This document shows positions 29,919 through 39,402 of a stretch of 64,000 nucleotides of DNA, one piece after another. A model generated the notes under the pieces. It was not told the DNA's origin and did no database searches. It saw nothing but the letters and a program-made list of their open reading frames with translations. Position numbers and translations under genes: made by a program. Numbering within the stretch: the first letter of the stretch is position 1; each line of letters opens with the position of its first letter. Source of the stretch: an uncultured Chloroflexia bacterium (GTDB lineage: Bacteria > Chloroflexota > Limnocylindria > Limnocylindrales > CSP1-4); contig CAVXPZ010000001.1 of NCBI GenBank assembly GCA_963763775.1, positions 1,088,001-1,152,000 on the forward strand, given 5' to 3'.

Positions 29919-30684
29919 GTCGCACGGGATCTCGGTCCTCGCCATCGACGGCATCCCGGAGATCCGTCTCGGCGACGACCTCCCGACGATCGTCGCCGAG
30001 GCGATCGCGGCCACCACCGACGCCCTCCCGCTGCGCGACGACGACGTCCTGGTCGTCACCCAGAAGGTCGTCTCCAAGGCCGAAGGCGCGTTCGTGGACC
30101 TGACCGGGGTCGAGCCGCGACCCGAGGCGATCGCCTTCGCCGAGGCGTATGACCGCGATGCCCGCCAGATCGAAGTCGTCCTGCGCGAGGCACGACGCGT
30201 CGTCCGGATGGCCCGTGGCGTCCTGATCACCGAGACCCACCACGGCTTCGTCTGTGCCAACGGCGGTGTCGACGCCTCGAACGTCGGCCCGGGCTCCGGC
30301 TCGATCGTCACGCTGCTCCCACGCGATCCCGATGCGTCGGCGGGCCGCATCCGTGCTGCCGTTCGCGGCCGGTTCGGCGTCGACGTACCGGTCATCGTGT
30401 CGGACTCGTTCGGCCGGCCGTGGCGGTGGGGCATCGTCGATGTCGCGATCGGCGTCTCCGGTCTTCAGCCACTCGAGGACCTGCGCGGCGTCCCGGACGC
30501 CGACGGCCGCGTGATGCGCTCGACGGTGCGGGCCGTCGCCGACGAGCTCGCCTCCGCCGCCGAGCTGGCGCTCGGCAAGACCGCGGCACGTCCCGTCGCC
30601 CTCGTCCGAGGCGCCTCGTTCCTGCGCGGCGAAGGCGCGATCGCCGACCTGGTCATGCCCGCCGAGAACGACCTCTTTCCATAG
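29908..30684 (+). CDS. cofE: Coenzyme F420-0:L-glutamate ligase
   Basis: VVTQKVVSKAEG, GFVCANGGVDASN, SDSFGRPWR, AVADELA. Confidence 0.95.
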   Translation: MSAESHGISVLAIDGIPEIRLGDDLPTIVAEAIAATTDALPLRDDDVLVVTQKVVSKAEGAFVDLTGVEPRPEAIAFAEAYDRDARQIEVVLREARRVVRMARGVLITETHHGFVCANGGVDASNVGPGSGSIVTLLPRDPDASAGRIRAAVRGRFGVDVPVIVSDSFGRPWRWGIVDVAIGVSGLQPLEDLRGVPDADGRVMRSTVRAVADELASAAELALGKTAARPVALVRGASFLRGEGAIADLVMPAENDLFP

Positions 30685-30860
30685 GAGCCGCCCTGACCGA
30701 CCGTCGGCCGAGCCCAGGACCGACCGGCCACGTGCTCGGCAGAAGGCCTATACGACCATGGGGCATCGTGGTGGTATGGCGCACCACGTCACTCCCCTAC
30801 CCTCGCTCGGTGGACGACGTCCGCGCGAAGCACGCCGCGGTCGGGACCGTCGAGGCAGTC

Positions 30861-32918
30861 ATGCCCCGCGATCCTGGCGTCGACGCACGCCCGGACACTG
30901 AGCGGCACGAGGACGCGGCCGCGCCGGCGACCTCGTCGCGAGGCCATTCGGCCACGACTCGCGCCGCGCTCGACCTCCTGCCGTTCACCGCCGTCGTCGC
31001 GAGCGCCCTGCTGCTCGCAAGCGACCAGATCGTCGGCGGCAGCTTCAGCCTCATCGACCTCGGGGCACTCGCGGTCATCGTGGTCGTCGGTCTGCGGCAA
31101 TCGCGCATCGTCCGTGAGCGGGGCCGGCTGCTGACGCAGGCACGCCAGTCCAGCGCTGCGCTCACCGAGGCGCTCCGCGAGCGCGCGGCGGCCGATTCGC
31201 GCTATCAGACGCTCGTCGAGAAGGTCCCGGCCGCCGTCTACATCGATGTCGCCGATCCCGACGTGACCGACGGCGGGCATCTCGCCTATCTCAGCCCCCA
31301 GATCGAGTCGATCCTGGGCTACCCGCCGCAGGCGTTCCTCGCCGACCCGGAGCTGTGGCCCAGCCTCACGCATCCCGATGACCGCGCGAAGACCGTCACC
31401 GCGCTCAAGGACCATTGGACGACCGGGCTGCCGCTCCGCATCGACTACCGGATGATCGCGGCCGACGGGTCGATCGTGTGGGTCCACGACGAGGCCTACG
31501 CGATGCGCGACGAGTCGACCGGTGGCCGGCGCGTGTCCCAGGGCCTGCTGGTCGACACGACCGAGCAGAAACGGCTCGAGGCGCAACTCCTCCACGACGC
31601 GTTCCACGACCCGCTCACGGGCCTCGCCAACCGCGCGCTCTTCCGCGAGCACCTGGACCGGACGCTCGAGCGTGCCCGGCGGCGCCGGACCGCGGTCGCC
31701 GTCCTGTTCCTCGACATCGACGACTTCAAGGTCGTCAACGACTCGCTCGGGCACGGCGCGGGCGACCGATTGCTCGTCGAGGTCGCGCATCGTCTGTCGG
31801 GCGTCGTGCGGGCCGGTGACGTCGCCGCGCGACAGGGTGGCGACGAGTTCACGGTGCTCATCGAGCGCGTCCGCGACGAGAGCGAGGCCGTGGCCATGGC
31901 CGAGCGGATCGCGACCGAGCTGGGCCGCCCGATCGAGCTCGACGGACGGCCGCTCGTCGTCGGGGTCAGCATCGGCATCGCCCTCGCGCGCGGCAAGGAC
32001 ATCGTGGCCGGGGACCTCCTCGCGCATGCCGACGCCGCGATGTACGCGGCGAAGGAAGGCGGCAAGGGCCGGCACGTCCTGTTCGATCCGTCGATGCGGC
32101 GACGCGCGCAGAGCCGCCTCGAGATGGAGGCCGAGCTGCGCGCCGCGATCGAGCACCGACAATTCGAGCTCCACTACCAGCCGATCGTGGAGCTGCCCGG
32201 GCGCGGCGTGGTCGGGTTCGAGGCGCTCGTGCGCTGGCGACACCCGGACCGGGGACTCGTGCCGCCCGGGGAGTTCATCCCGCTCGCGGAGACCACTGGG
32301 CTGATCGTCCCGCTCGGACGACTCGTGATGACGGAGGCGTGCCGGCAGCTCCGCGCGTGGCGCGACGAGGGGGCCAATCTCGCCCACCTCACGGTGTCGG
32401 TGAACGTCTCGGCGCGGCAGGCCGTGGAATCCGGGTTTGCGGCCGAGGTCCGTGAGATCCTCCGCTCGACGCGGCTCGAGCCGTCGGCCCTCGTCATGGA
32501 GATCACCGAGTCGCTCACGCTGCGCGAGTCCGCGTCGGGCGATGGCGCGCTACGGCAGCTCCGCGAGCTCGGCGTCCACCTCGCGATCGACGACTTCGGG
32601 ACCGGGTTCTCGTCGCTCGAGTACTTCAAGCGGTTCAGCGTCCAGGGGCTGAAGATCGACCAGTCGTTCGTGGCCGGGTTGGGGCGGTCGCGCGAGGACA
32701 CGGCGATCGTGACCGCGACGATCTCGTTCGCCTCGGCGCTCGGGCTCGTCGTCACGGCCGAGGGCGTCGAGGAACCCGATCAGCTCGCGCGGTTGGAGGC
32801 GCTCGGCTGCCACCGCGCCCAGGGCTTCCTCTTCTCGCCGGCCGTGCCCGCCGCCGCGGTGCCCGAGCTGCTCCAGGGCGTGACGTGGCGGACGGTGTCC
32901 GAGGCGGGCGCGGCCTGA
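30861..32918 (+). CDS. Membrane PAS-GGDEF-EAL diguanylate cyclase/phosphodiesterase; start uncertain
   Basis: Two TM helices, PAS (HPDDR), HDPLTGLANR, GGDEF, FEALVRW, DDFGTGFSSL. Confidence 0.93.
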   Translation: MPRDPGVDARPDTERHEDAAAPATSSRGHSATTRAALDLLPFTAVVASALLLASDQIVGGSFSLIDLGALAVIVVVGLRQSRIVRERGRLLTQARQSSAALTEALRERAAADSRYQTLVEKVPAAVYIDVADPDVTDGGHLAYLSPQIESILGYPPQAFLADPELWPSLTHPDDRAKTVTALKDHWTTGLPLRIDYRMIAADGSIVWVHDEAYAMRDESTGGRRVSQGLLVDTTEQKRLEAQLLHDAFHDPLTGLANRALFREHLDRTLERARRRRTAVAVLFLDIDDFKVVNDSLGHGAGDRLLVEVAHRLSGVVRAGDVAARQGGDEFTVLIERVRDESEAVAMAERIATELGRPIELDGRPLVVGVSIGIALARGKDIVAGDLLAHADAAMYAAKEGGKGRHVLFDPSMRRRAQSRLEMEAELRAAIEHRQFELHYQPIVELPGRGVVGFEALVRWRHPDRGLVPPGEFIPLAETTGLIVPLGRLVMTEACRQLRAWRDEGANLAHLTVSVNVSARQAVESGFAAEVREILRSTRLEPSALVMEITESLTLRESASGDGALRQLRELGVHLAIDDFGTGFSSLEYFKRFSVQGLKIDQSFVAGLGRSREDTAIVTATISFASALGLVVTAEGVEEPDQLARLEALGCHRAQGFLFSPAVPAAAVPELLQGVTWRTVSEAGAA

Positions 32919-33025
32919 AGGGCGAGGGCCCAGCTGCCGGCCGGCGCGGGCGAACGGCGCGGCCGACACGGACCTCGGCGCGCTAGGCTTCCGCGGGTGA
33001 CGCACCACCGATCGAGGAGGGACTG

Positions 33026-33472
33026 ATGGCGACCGTCGACGCCACGTCGGCGAAGGTCCAGCGGATGCTGGCCGCGGGCTTCAACGACGTCCGGCTCCGC
33101 AAGGACGGGTTCGCGGTCCCGTACGGCAGCACGGAAGTGATCATCGAGGTCCGCGACTGGGGCACGGACTCGAAGGGCGAGCAGCAGACGCTCGTCTACA
33201 TGTGGGCGCCACTCGGCCGCGACGTCACGATCACCCCGGAGCTCTACCAGTGGGCCGCGACCGACGGCCAGGCGAGCTACTTCGGCAGCGTCCGCGTCCT
33301 GCCCGGCGACGACGGCAAGACCGCGCTGGTCACCTTCGAGCACACGCTGCTGGGCGACTTCCTCGACCCGATGGAGCTCGAGTCGGCGGTGGGCATGCTC
33401 TATTTCACGGCCGACAAGCTCGACGACATCGTCCACGACAAGTTCGGCGGCAAGCGGTACACGGACGAGTGA
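33026..33472 (+). CDS. YbjN/CesT-like (T3SS-chaperone fold) protein
   Basis: GST.V...HTLLGDFLDPMEL...ADKLDD...FGG pattern; strong SD GAGGAGG. Confidence 0.7.
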   Translation: MATVDATSAKVQRMLAAGFNDVRLRKDGFAVPYGSTEVIIEVRDWGTDSKGEQQTLVYMWAPLGRDVTITPELYQWAATDGQASYFGSVRVLPGDDGKTALVTFEHTLLGDFLDPMELESAVGMLYFTADKLDDIVHDKFGGKRYTDE

Positions 33473-34743
33473 CGACCGCCCTCGAGGAGCAGGCGCGCGA
33501 CGAGGCGATCGCGGCCGCCAAATCGCAGTCGCAGCCGGTCGTCGAGAAGCGGCACGTCCTGTACGGGATCCTCCGGGCGCTGCGCGATGCGGCCCCGGCC
33601 GATGTGCCGCTCGCGACCGCGCGACGGTTGCTCGATCCCGCCGGGGACAGCATCGAGACGCCGACCGTGTCGGCCGAGGCGGACGCGGCGCTCAAGACGA
33701 TCGTCGGCCCGGATTCGGCCATCGCGCTCGCGCGGCAGCTCGCCGCGGAACTGCTCGCGGCCCCGACCGTGTCGACCAGCACGGCCGACGCCGTGGCCGC
33801 GACGACCCCGGCCGGGGGCGAGGCGACGACCGGGACGACGTCCGCGACCCCGGCCGCGGCCGCGCCCGACACCGAGGCCTCGGTGCTCGCCGAACTCGAC
33901 GCCCTCATCGGCCTCGACGAGGTCAAGGCCACGATCCGCCGGCTCCTCGCCCTCCAGCACCTCAACGAGGCTCGCGCCGCGGCCGGCCTGCCGACCGTCA
34001 ACCCGAGCAAGCACCTGGTGTTCACCGGCGATCCCGGCACGGGCAAGACGACCGTCGCCAAGCTCGTCGCCCGGCTGTACAAGGCGACCGGGGTCGTCTC
34101 GAAGGGCCAGCTCATCGAGACCGGCCGGGCCGACCTCGTGGCCGGGTATGTCGGCCAGACCGCGCTCAAGGTGCAGGAGGCGGTGCGCAAGGCCCTCGGC
34201 GGCGTGCTGTTCATCGACGAGGCGTACGCGCTCGCCACCGAGGGGGTCGAGGACTTCGGCGACGAGGCGATCGCGACCCTGGTGCAGATGATGGAGGAGC
34301 ATCGCGACGACCTGGCCGTGATCGTGGCCGGGTACAGCGTCGAGATGAAGACCTTCATCGACTCGAACCCGGGGTTGCGGAGCCGGTTCACGCACTACGT
34401 GCACTTCCCGAACTACGCCCCGGCGGAGCTCGTGGAGATCTTCGTGGCCATCGCCGCCGCGTCCGACGTGGTGCTCGCGGACGGGGTCGCCGGGCGCGTC
34501 GGGACCCTGGTCGCGGCGGCATCGCTGACCCGTGACTTCGGCAACGCGCGCTACGTGCGTTCCCTCTTCGAGGGGGCCTACGCGAACATGGCGGCACGTG
34601 CCCTCGCCGACGGGGAGATCTCCACCGCCGAGCTGCGCGACCTCGAGGCCCAGGACGTGGACGCCGCCGCGGCCAGCATCGCCGCCGGCGGCGCGGACGC
34701 CGCGGTCCACAAGATCGGGTTCCAGGCCAGACCCGCGGGCTGA
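33469..34743 (+). CDS. AAA+ ATPase, CbbX/SpoVK/EccA family
   Basis: LDALIGL..VK, Walker A GDPGTGKT, YVGQTA, Walker B LFIDEAY, NPGLRSRF, FGNAR; GTGA overlap with the upstream gene. Confidence 0.9.
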   Translation: MTTALEEQARDEAIAAAKSQSQPVVEKRHVLYGILRALRDAAPADVPLATARRLLDPAGDSIETPTVSAEADAALKTIVGPDSAIALARQLAAELLAAPTVSTSTADAVAATTPAGGEATTGTTSATPAAAAPDTEASVLAELDALIGLDEVKATIRRLLALQHLNEARAAAGLPTVNPSKHLVFTGDPGTGKTTVAKLVARLYKATGVVSKGQLIETGRADLVAGYVGQTALKVQEAVRKALGGVLFIDEAYALATEGVEDFGDEAIATLVQMMEEHRDDLAVIVAGYSVEMKTFIDSNPGLRSRFTHYVHFPNYAPAELVEIFVAIAAASDVVLADGVAGRVGTLVAAASLTRDFGNARYVRSLFEGAYANMAARALADGEISTAELRDLEAQDVDAAAASIAAGGADAAVHKIGFQARPAG

Positions 34744-34750
34744 CCGTCCG

Positions 34751-35034
34751 CTATCCGCACGCGGCGGTAGGTGCTCTCCGAGCGCCGCGCCACCTTCAGG
34801 ACGATCACGAGGCGTGCGGCGTCGCTCGATGACGTAGACGACTCCGCAAGTCACCGATACGGAGCCGCCAGACGTCGGTCCCGACGAGCTTCGAGGCGCC
34901 CGGCGGCCGCGGGTCGATGGCGAGCGCCAGGATCGGACCCACGGAGACGGGCCGCTGTCGCCCGGCGGGAGCCGACGCAGCTGTGCGTTGCGCGCGCCGG
35001 CGCGAGCTCGACGCGGTATCGGATCGTCCGTCAC
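34751..35034 (-). CDS. RelE/ParE family toxin; frameshifted, ends approximate
   Basis: Reconstructed YRVEL...QLRRL...PRPPGASKLVGTDVWRLRIGD.R...IVLKVARR. Confidence 0.8.
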
Positions 35035-35289
35035 GCCTCGTCGGCGCCGTAGGCGGCGCGCGTCTCGGCCGCGAGCGGTCCCGAAGAACGCCTCGGCCGC
35101 CTCGCCGCCATCGCGCCGGTACTCGGCGAGGGCCGCTTCAGCGGAAGCCGCGTCTTCGGCGGCCTCGGCCGCCTCGAGCCATGCGGCGATGGCCTGGTCG
35201 ACGATCTCGCGGACGCTCCGATCGCTGCGCGCGGCCTCGACCTTGACGGCTCGGTAGAGATCTTCGTCGAGGTCGATGGTGACTTTCAT
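35031..35289 (-). CDS. Ribbon-helix-helix antitoxin; one indel near the 3' end
   Basis: MKVTIDLDEDLYRAVKVEAA...SVREIV, acidic C-terminus, GTGA overlap with the toxin. Confidence 0.8.
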
Positions 35290-35332
35290 CGTGCCATCTT
35301 ACCAGTATGCTGGGTCGCTGGCCACGAACGAA

Positions 35333-35360
35333 GGCCCGGCGCCGAGATGGGCGCCGGGCC
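35333..35360 (-). terminator. Intrinsic terminator after the VOC gene
   Basis: 11-bp stem GGCCCGGCGCC/GGCGCCGGGCC followed by TTCGTT on the minus strand. Confidence 0.6.
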
Positions 35361-35402
35361 GGATCGCGAGCTGGGGTGCGCGACGAGGTCGCGAGGGGCG
35401 AC

Positions 35403-35750
35403 CTACATCTCGGTCAGGCCGAGGACGTGGCCCTCGGGATCGGCGACGAGCGCGAGCTGCGCGGTGCCGTCGGGGCTGAACTTGGGCATCACGACCGAGC
35501 CGCCGAGCTCGGTGGCCTTGGCCAGGGTCGCGTTGATGTCGTCGACCGTGACGTAGCCCGTCACGAAGCCCGGGCCCTGCGGCGCCGCGCCGATGCCCAC
35601 GATCAGGCCGGTCTGGCTGGGATCCGTCATCCCGTAGCCGCCCGGGAAGTCGGTGTTGAGCTTCCAGCCGAAGAGGTCGCCGTAGTAGCTCTGGAGGGCC
35701 TTCTGGTCCTTGCCCGTGACTTCGAAGTGGATGATGCGAGCTTCCGTCAT
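35403..35750 (-). CDS. VOC (glyoxalase/bleomycin resistance) family protein
   Basis: IIHFEV...YYGDLFGW...YVTVDDI...DPEGHVLGL. Confidence 0.9.
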   Translation of the reverse strand: MTEARIIHFEVTGKDQKALQSYYGDLFGWKLNTDFPGGYGMTDPSQTGLIVGIGAAPQGPGFVTGYVTVDDINATLAKATELGGSVVMPKFSPDGTAQLALVADPEGHVLGLTEM

Positions 35751-35957
35751 CGGTCCGTTCCTCCTGCGGGCCCTCGGTCATCGACGCCTCGGCTGCCCTT
35801 CGAACCAACGACGAACGGGCTTCCGCGGAATCGACATCGGCTCGTCACCGGTTTCGTGGACATTCGTCGATGGCGGCGGACGCACCCGTCGGCGACGATC
35901 GATCATCGGAGGGCCCTCGGCCCTCGCATCCCCGCACGCACAGGACAGGTGAACGGC

Positions 35958-37142
35958 ATGGTCGACGCAGGAAACCGGACGGAGCGCATGGTGGCGAGCG
36001 TCGACCATGTCTTCTCGTGGATGGCGAACGGGTCGTGGACCCAGCACCGGTTCGATCCGGGGATCGCGGACTTCACGCTGGGCAATCCCCAGGAACTGCC
36101 GCTCCCCGGGCTGGTCGACGCGCTCCAGCGTCACGCGGTGCCCAAGGACAAGGACTGGTTCGCCTACAAGTTCAACGAGGCCGAGCCGCGCGCCGTCATC
36201 GCCGAGTCGCTCCGCCGGCGGACCGGCATCGCGTTCGAGCCAGAGGACATCGCGCTGACCGCCGGGGCCTTCGGCGGGCTCGGGGTCACGCTCCGGGCGC
36301 TCTGCGACGTCGGCGACGAGGTGATCTTCCTGTCGCCGCCGTGGTTCTTCTACGAGATGCTCATCGCGTCCGCGGGAGCCACGCCCGTTCGCGTGCGGCT
36401 GTCCCCGCCCGACTTCGACCTCGACCCCGAAGCGATCGCCGCCGCGATCACGCCGCGCACCCGGGCCGTCATCGTCAACAGCCCGAACAACCCGACGGGG
36501 CGGATCTATCGCGAACCGGCTCTGGCGGCGCTCGGCCGGGTGCTCGAGGAGGCCTCGGCACGGAACGGGCGCCCGATCATCCTCATCTCGGACGAGTCGT
36601 ACAACCGGATCGTCTTCGACGGCATCGAGTTCCAGAGCCCCGCGCGCTTCTACGACGCGACGATGACCATCTACACCTATGGCAAGACGACGCTGGCGCC
36701 GGGCCAGCGGATCGGGTTCGCGGCGATGTCGCCCACGTTCCCCGACCGCCGCGTGAACGAGCAGCGGATCACGGTCCACCAGATCGCGTCCGGCTGGGGG
36801 TTCCCGAACGCGCTGCTCCAGCACGCCATCTCGGATATCGAGGGGCTCTCGATCGACATCGGCGCGCTCCAGGCTCGACGCGACCGCATGGTGCCGGCCC
36901 TGCGCGAGATGGGCTACGACGTGACGAAGCCCGAGGGCACGTTCTACATCATGGCCCGCTCGCCCGACCCGGACGACTTGGCGTTCGCCGAGCGCCTCGC
37001 CGAGCACGGGGCGTTGGTCCTGCCCGGGACGATCGTCGAGAGCCCGGGCTGGTTCCGGATCTCGCTGACCGCGAGCGACGAGATGGTCGACCGCGGCCTC
37101 GAGGCCTTCCGGGCCGTCGCTGGGGTCCGCGCGGGAGCCTGA
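35958..37142 (+). CDS. Aminotransferase class I/II (PLP-dependent)
   Basis: DFTLGNP, NSPNNPTG, SDESY, TYGK...PGQRIG. Confidence 0.92.
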   Translation: MVDAGNRTERMVASVDHVFSWMANGSWTQHRFDPGIADFTLGNPQELPLPGLVDALQRHAVPKDKDWFAYKFNEAEPRAVIAESLRRRTGIAFEPEDIALTAGAFGGLGVTLRALCDVGDEVIFLSPPWFFYEMLIASAGATPVRVRLSPPDFDLDPEAIAAAITPRTRAVIVNSPNNPTGRIYREPALAALGRVLEEASARNGRPIILISDESYNRIVFDGIEFQSPARFYDATMTIYTYGKTTLAPGQRIGFAAMSPTFPDRRVNEQRITVHQIASGWGFPNALLQHAISDIEGLSIDIGALQARRDRMVPALREMGYDVTKPEGTFYIMARSPDPDDLAFAERLAEHGALVLPGTIVESPGWFRISLTASDEMVDRGLEAFRAVAGVRAGA

Positions 37143-37181
37143 CCCGAGCGCTCCACGCCCGACTCGGGCTAGGCTTGATGG

Positions 37182-38912
37182 ATGCCTGCTGAATTCATCT
37201 ACACGACGTACAAGCTCGCGCGGCACTACCCGCCCGACCGGACCGTGCTCGAGAACATCTCGCTCTCGTTCTATCCGGGCGCCAAGATCGGCGTCATCGG
37301 GCCGAACGGCGCGGGCAAGTCGAGCCTGCTCAAGATCATGGCCGGGCTCGATGACGGCTTCATGGGCGAGGCGCGCCTCACGCCCGGCTTCACCGTCGGC
37401 TACCTGAGCCAGGAGCCGGAGCTCGACCCGGCCAAGGACGTCAAGGGCAACGTGCTCGACGGCGTCCGGCCCGTCCAGGACCTCATCGACGCGTACAACG
37501 CGGTCATGGCCAAGTGGTCCGACCCGGACGCCGACTACGACGCCATCGGCGCCGAACAGGCCGCCCTCGAGGACAAGATCAACGCCACCGACGCGTGGAG
37601 CCTCGAGCGCAACGTCGACATCGCGATGGACGCGCTCCGCTGCCCGCCCGACGACGCGAGCGTCGCGACGCTGTCCGGCGGCGAGAAGCGCCGCGTCGCC
37701 CTCGCCCGGCTCCTGCTCAGCCACCCCGACCTGCTGCTGCTCGACGAGCCCACGAACCACCTCGACGCCGAGTCGGTCTACTGGCTCGAGCGGTTCCTGC
37801 AGGAGTACTCGGGCACGGTCGTCGCGATCACGCACGACCGGTACTTCCTCGACAACGTGGCGCAGTGGATCCTCGAGCTGGACCGCGGGCGCGGCATCCC
37901 GTTCGAGGGCAACTACTCGTCCTGGCTCGAGCAGAAGCTCGATCGCCTGTCGCGCGAGCAGAAGACCGTCGACGCGCGCCAGCGCACGCTGAGCCGCGAG
38001 CTCGAATGGGTGCGCCTCTCGCCGCGCGCCCGCCAATCGAAGGGCAAGGCGCGCCTGACGGCCTACGAGCAGCTGCTCCAGGAGGCGAACGACGCCAAGG
38101 CGACGGAGCGCGAGCTCGAGATCGCGATCCCGCCCGGACCGCGGCTCGGCGACCAGGTCATCGAGGTCACGGACCTGCGCAAGGCCTTCGGCGACAAGCT
38201 CCTCATCGACGACCTGACGTTCTCGCTGCCGAAGGCGGGCATCGTCGGGATCATCGGGGCGAACGGCGCCGGCAAGACCACGCTGTTCCGGATGCTGGTG
38301 GGGCAGGAACCGTCGGACGCGGGCCGCATCACCATCGGCGACACGGTCCAGCTCAGCTATGTCGACCAGAGTCGCGACGACCTCGATGCGGACAAGACCG
38401 TCTTCGACGAGATCTCCGGCGGCGACGAGTTCATCAAGGTCGGGGCACGCGAGCTGCCGGCGCGCGCCTACGTCTCGAGCTTCAACTTTCGCGGCACGGA
38501 TCAGCAGAAGGTCGTGGGCAAGCTCAGTGGCGGCGAGCGGAACCGCGTCCACCTCGCGAAGCTGCTGCGCTCCGGCGGGAACGTCCTGCTGCTCGACGAA
38601 CCGACGAACGACCTCGACGTCGACACGCTCCGGGCGCTCGAGGCGGGCCTGGAGTCGTTCCCGGGCTGTGCCGTGGTCATCAGCCACGACCGCTGGTTCC
38701 TCGACCGGATCGCCACGCACGTCCTCGCGTTCGAGGGCGACAGCGTCGTCCGCTGGTTCCCCGGCAACTTCACCGAGTACGAGGAGTTCCGCCACCGCGA
38801 GCTCGGGACGGCCGCCGACCAGCCGCACCGGATCCGGTACAAGCGGCTCGCCGGGCTAGTCGCCGCGGGTGCGCGGGCCGCGGCGGTCCTCGCGACGTTA
38901 ACGAGCCGTTGA
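37182..38912 (+). CDS. ettA: Energy-dependent translational throttle protein (ABC-F); true stop probably near 38859
   Basis: ISLSFYPGAKIG, two Walker A motifs, LSGGE, DEPTNHLDAESV, ELEWVR, PHRIRYKRL. Confidence 0.95.
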   Translation: MPAEFIYTTYKLARHYPPDRTVLENISLSFYPGAKIGVIGPNGAGKSSLLKIMAGLDDGFMGEARLTPGFTVGYLSQEPELDPAKDVKGNVLDGVRPVQDLIDAYNAVMAKWSDPDADYDAIGAEQAALEDKINATDAWSLERNVDIAMDALRCPPDDASVATLSGGEKRRVALARLLLSHPDLLLLDEPTNHLDAESVYWLERFLQEYSGTVVAITHDRYFLDNVAQWILELDRGRGIPFEGNYSSWLEQKLDRLSREQKTVDARQRTLSRELEWVRLSPRARQSKGKARLTAYEQLLQEANDAKATERELEIAIPPGPRLGDQVIEVTDLRKAFGDKLLIDDLTFSLPKAGIVGIIGANGAGKTTLFRMLVGQEPSDAGRITIGDTVQLSYVDQSRDDLDADKTVFDEISGGDEFIKVGARELPARAYVSSFNFRGTDQQKVVGKLSGGERNRVHLAKLLRSGGNVLLLDEPTNDLDVDTLRALEAGLESFPGCAVVISHDRWFLDRIATHVLAFEGDSVVRWFPGNFTEYEEFRHRELGTAADQPHRIRYKRLAGLVAAGARAAAVLATLTSR

Positions 38913-38964
38913 CACTCGAGACCTACGATCCCGCGGCTGACCGAGTGCCCTGACGAGGACCGCC

Positions 38965-39402
38965 ATGACCTCCACGAGGACCGACGTGACCGAGACCGCC
39001 GACCTGCTCCACACCGTCCCGTTGTTCCAGGGCTTGCCCGAGAGCGCCATCGAGGCGATCGCCGACCTGGCCCGGCCCGCGACCTTCCCGGCCGGTGCGC
39101 AGCTCGTGCGCCAGGGCGACCTCGGCGACACGCTGATCATCATCGTCAGCGGGCGCGCCTCGGTCGATCAGGACGGCACGGTCATCCGCGAACTCGGCAA
39201 CGGCGACTTCCTCGGCGAGATCTCGCTCATCGATGGCGGCCCACGGACCGCCACGGTCACCGCCGTCGACGCGATCGAGGCGCTGACCATCGACCGCGAG
39301 GGCTTCGACAAGCTGATGAACAAGCACCCGGCCGTCCGGCTGGGCCTGGTGATGGCCCTGAGCGAACGACTCCGCCAGCGAGCCCCGTCCCTCTCCGACT
39401 AG
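38965..39402 (+). CDS. Stand-alone cyclic nucleotide-binding domain protein
   Basis: VPLFQGL, QGDLGD, GDFLGEISLIDGGPRTATV; no HTH. Confidence 0.9.
   Translation: MTSTRTDVTETADLLHTVPLFQGLPESAIEAIADLARPATFPAGAQLVRQGDLGDTLIIIVSGRASVDQDGTVIRELGNGDFLGEISLIDGGPRTATVTAVDAIEALTIDREGFDKLMNKHPAVRLGLVMALSERLRQRAPSLSD

Noticed and set aside
33469-34743. Calling the AAA+ ATPase a true CbbX Rubisco activase or T7SS EccA
   Set aside because: There are no Rubisco or ESX genes in the window and no TPR N-domain; only the family-level call is supported.
35778-38828. 1016-aa minus-strand ORF
   Set aside because: Antisense shadow of the aminotransferase and ettA, a common artefact of high-GC codon bias.
38860-38912. 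Unusual hydrophobic C-terminal extension of EttA
   Set aside because: Removing one G in GCCGGGCTAG gives a stop right after RYKRLAG, matching the normal EttA end; likely an indel.
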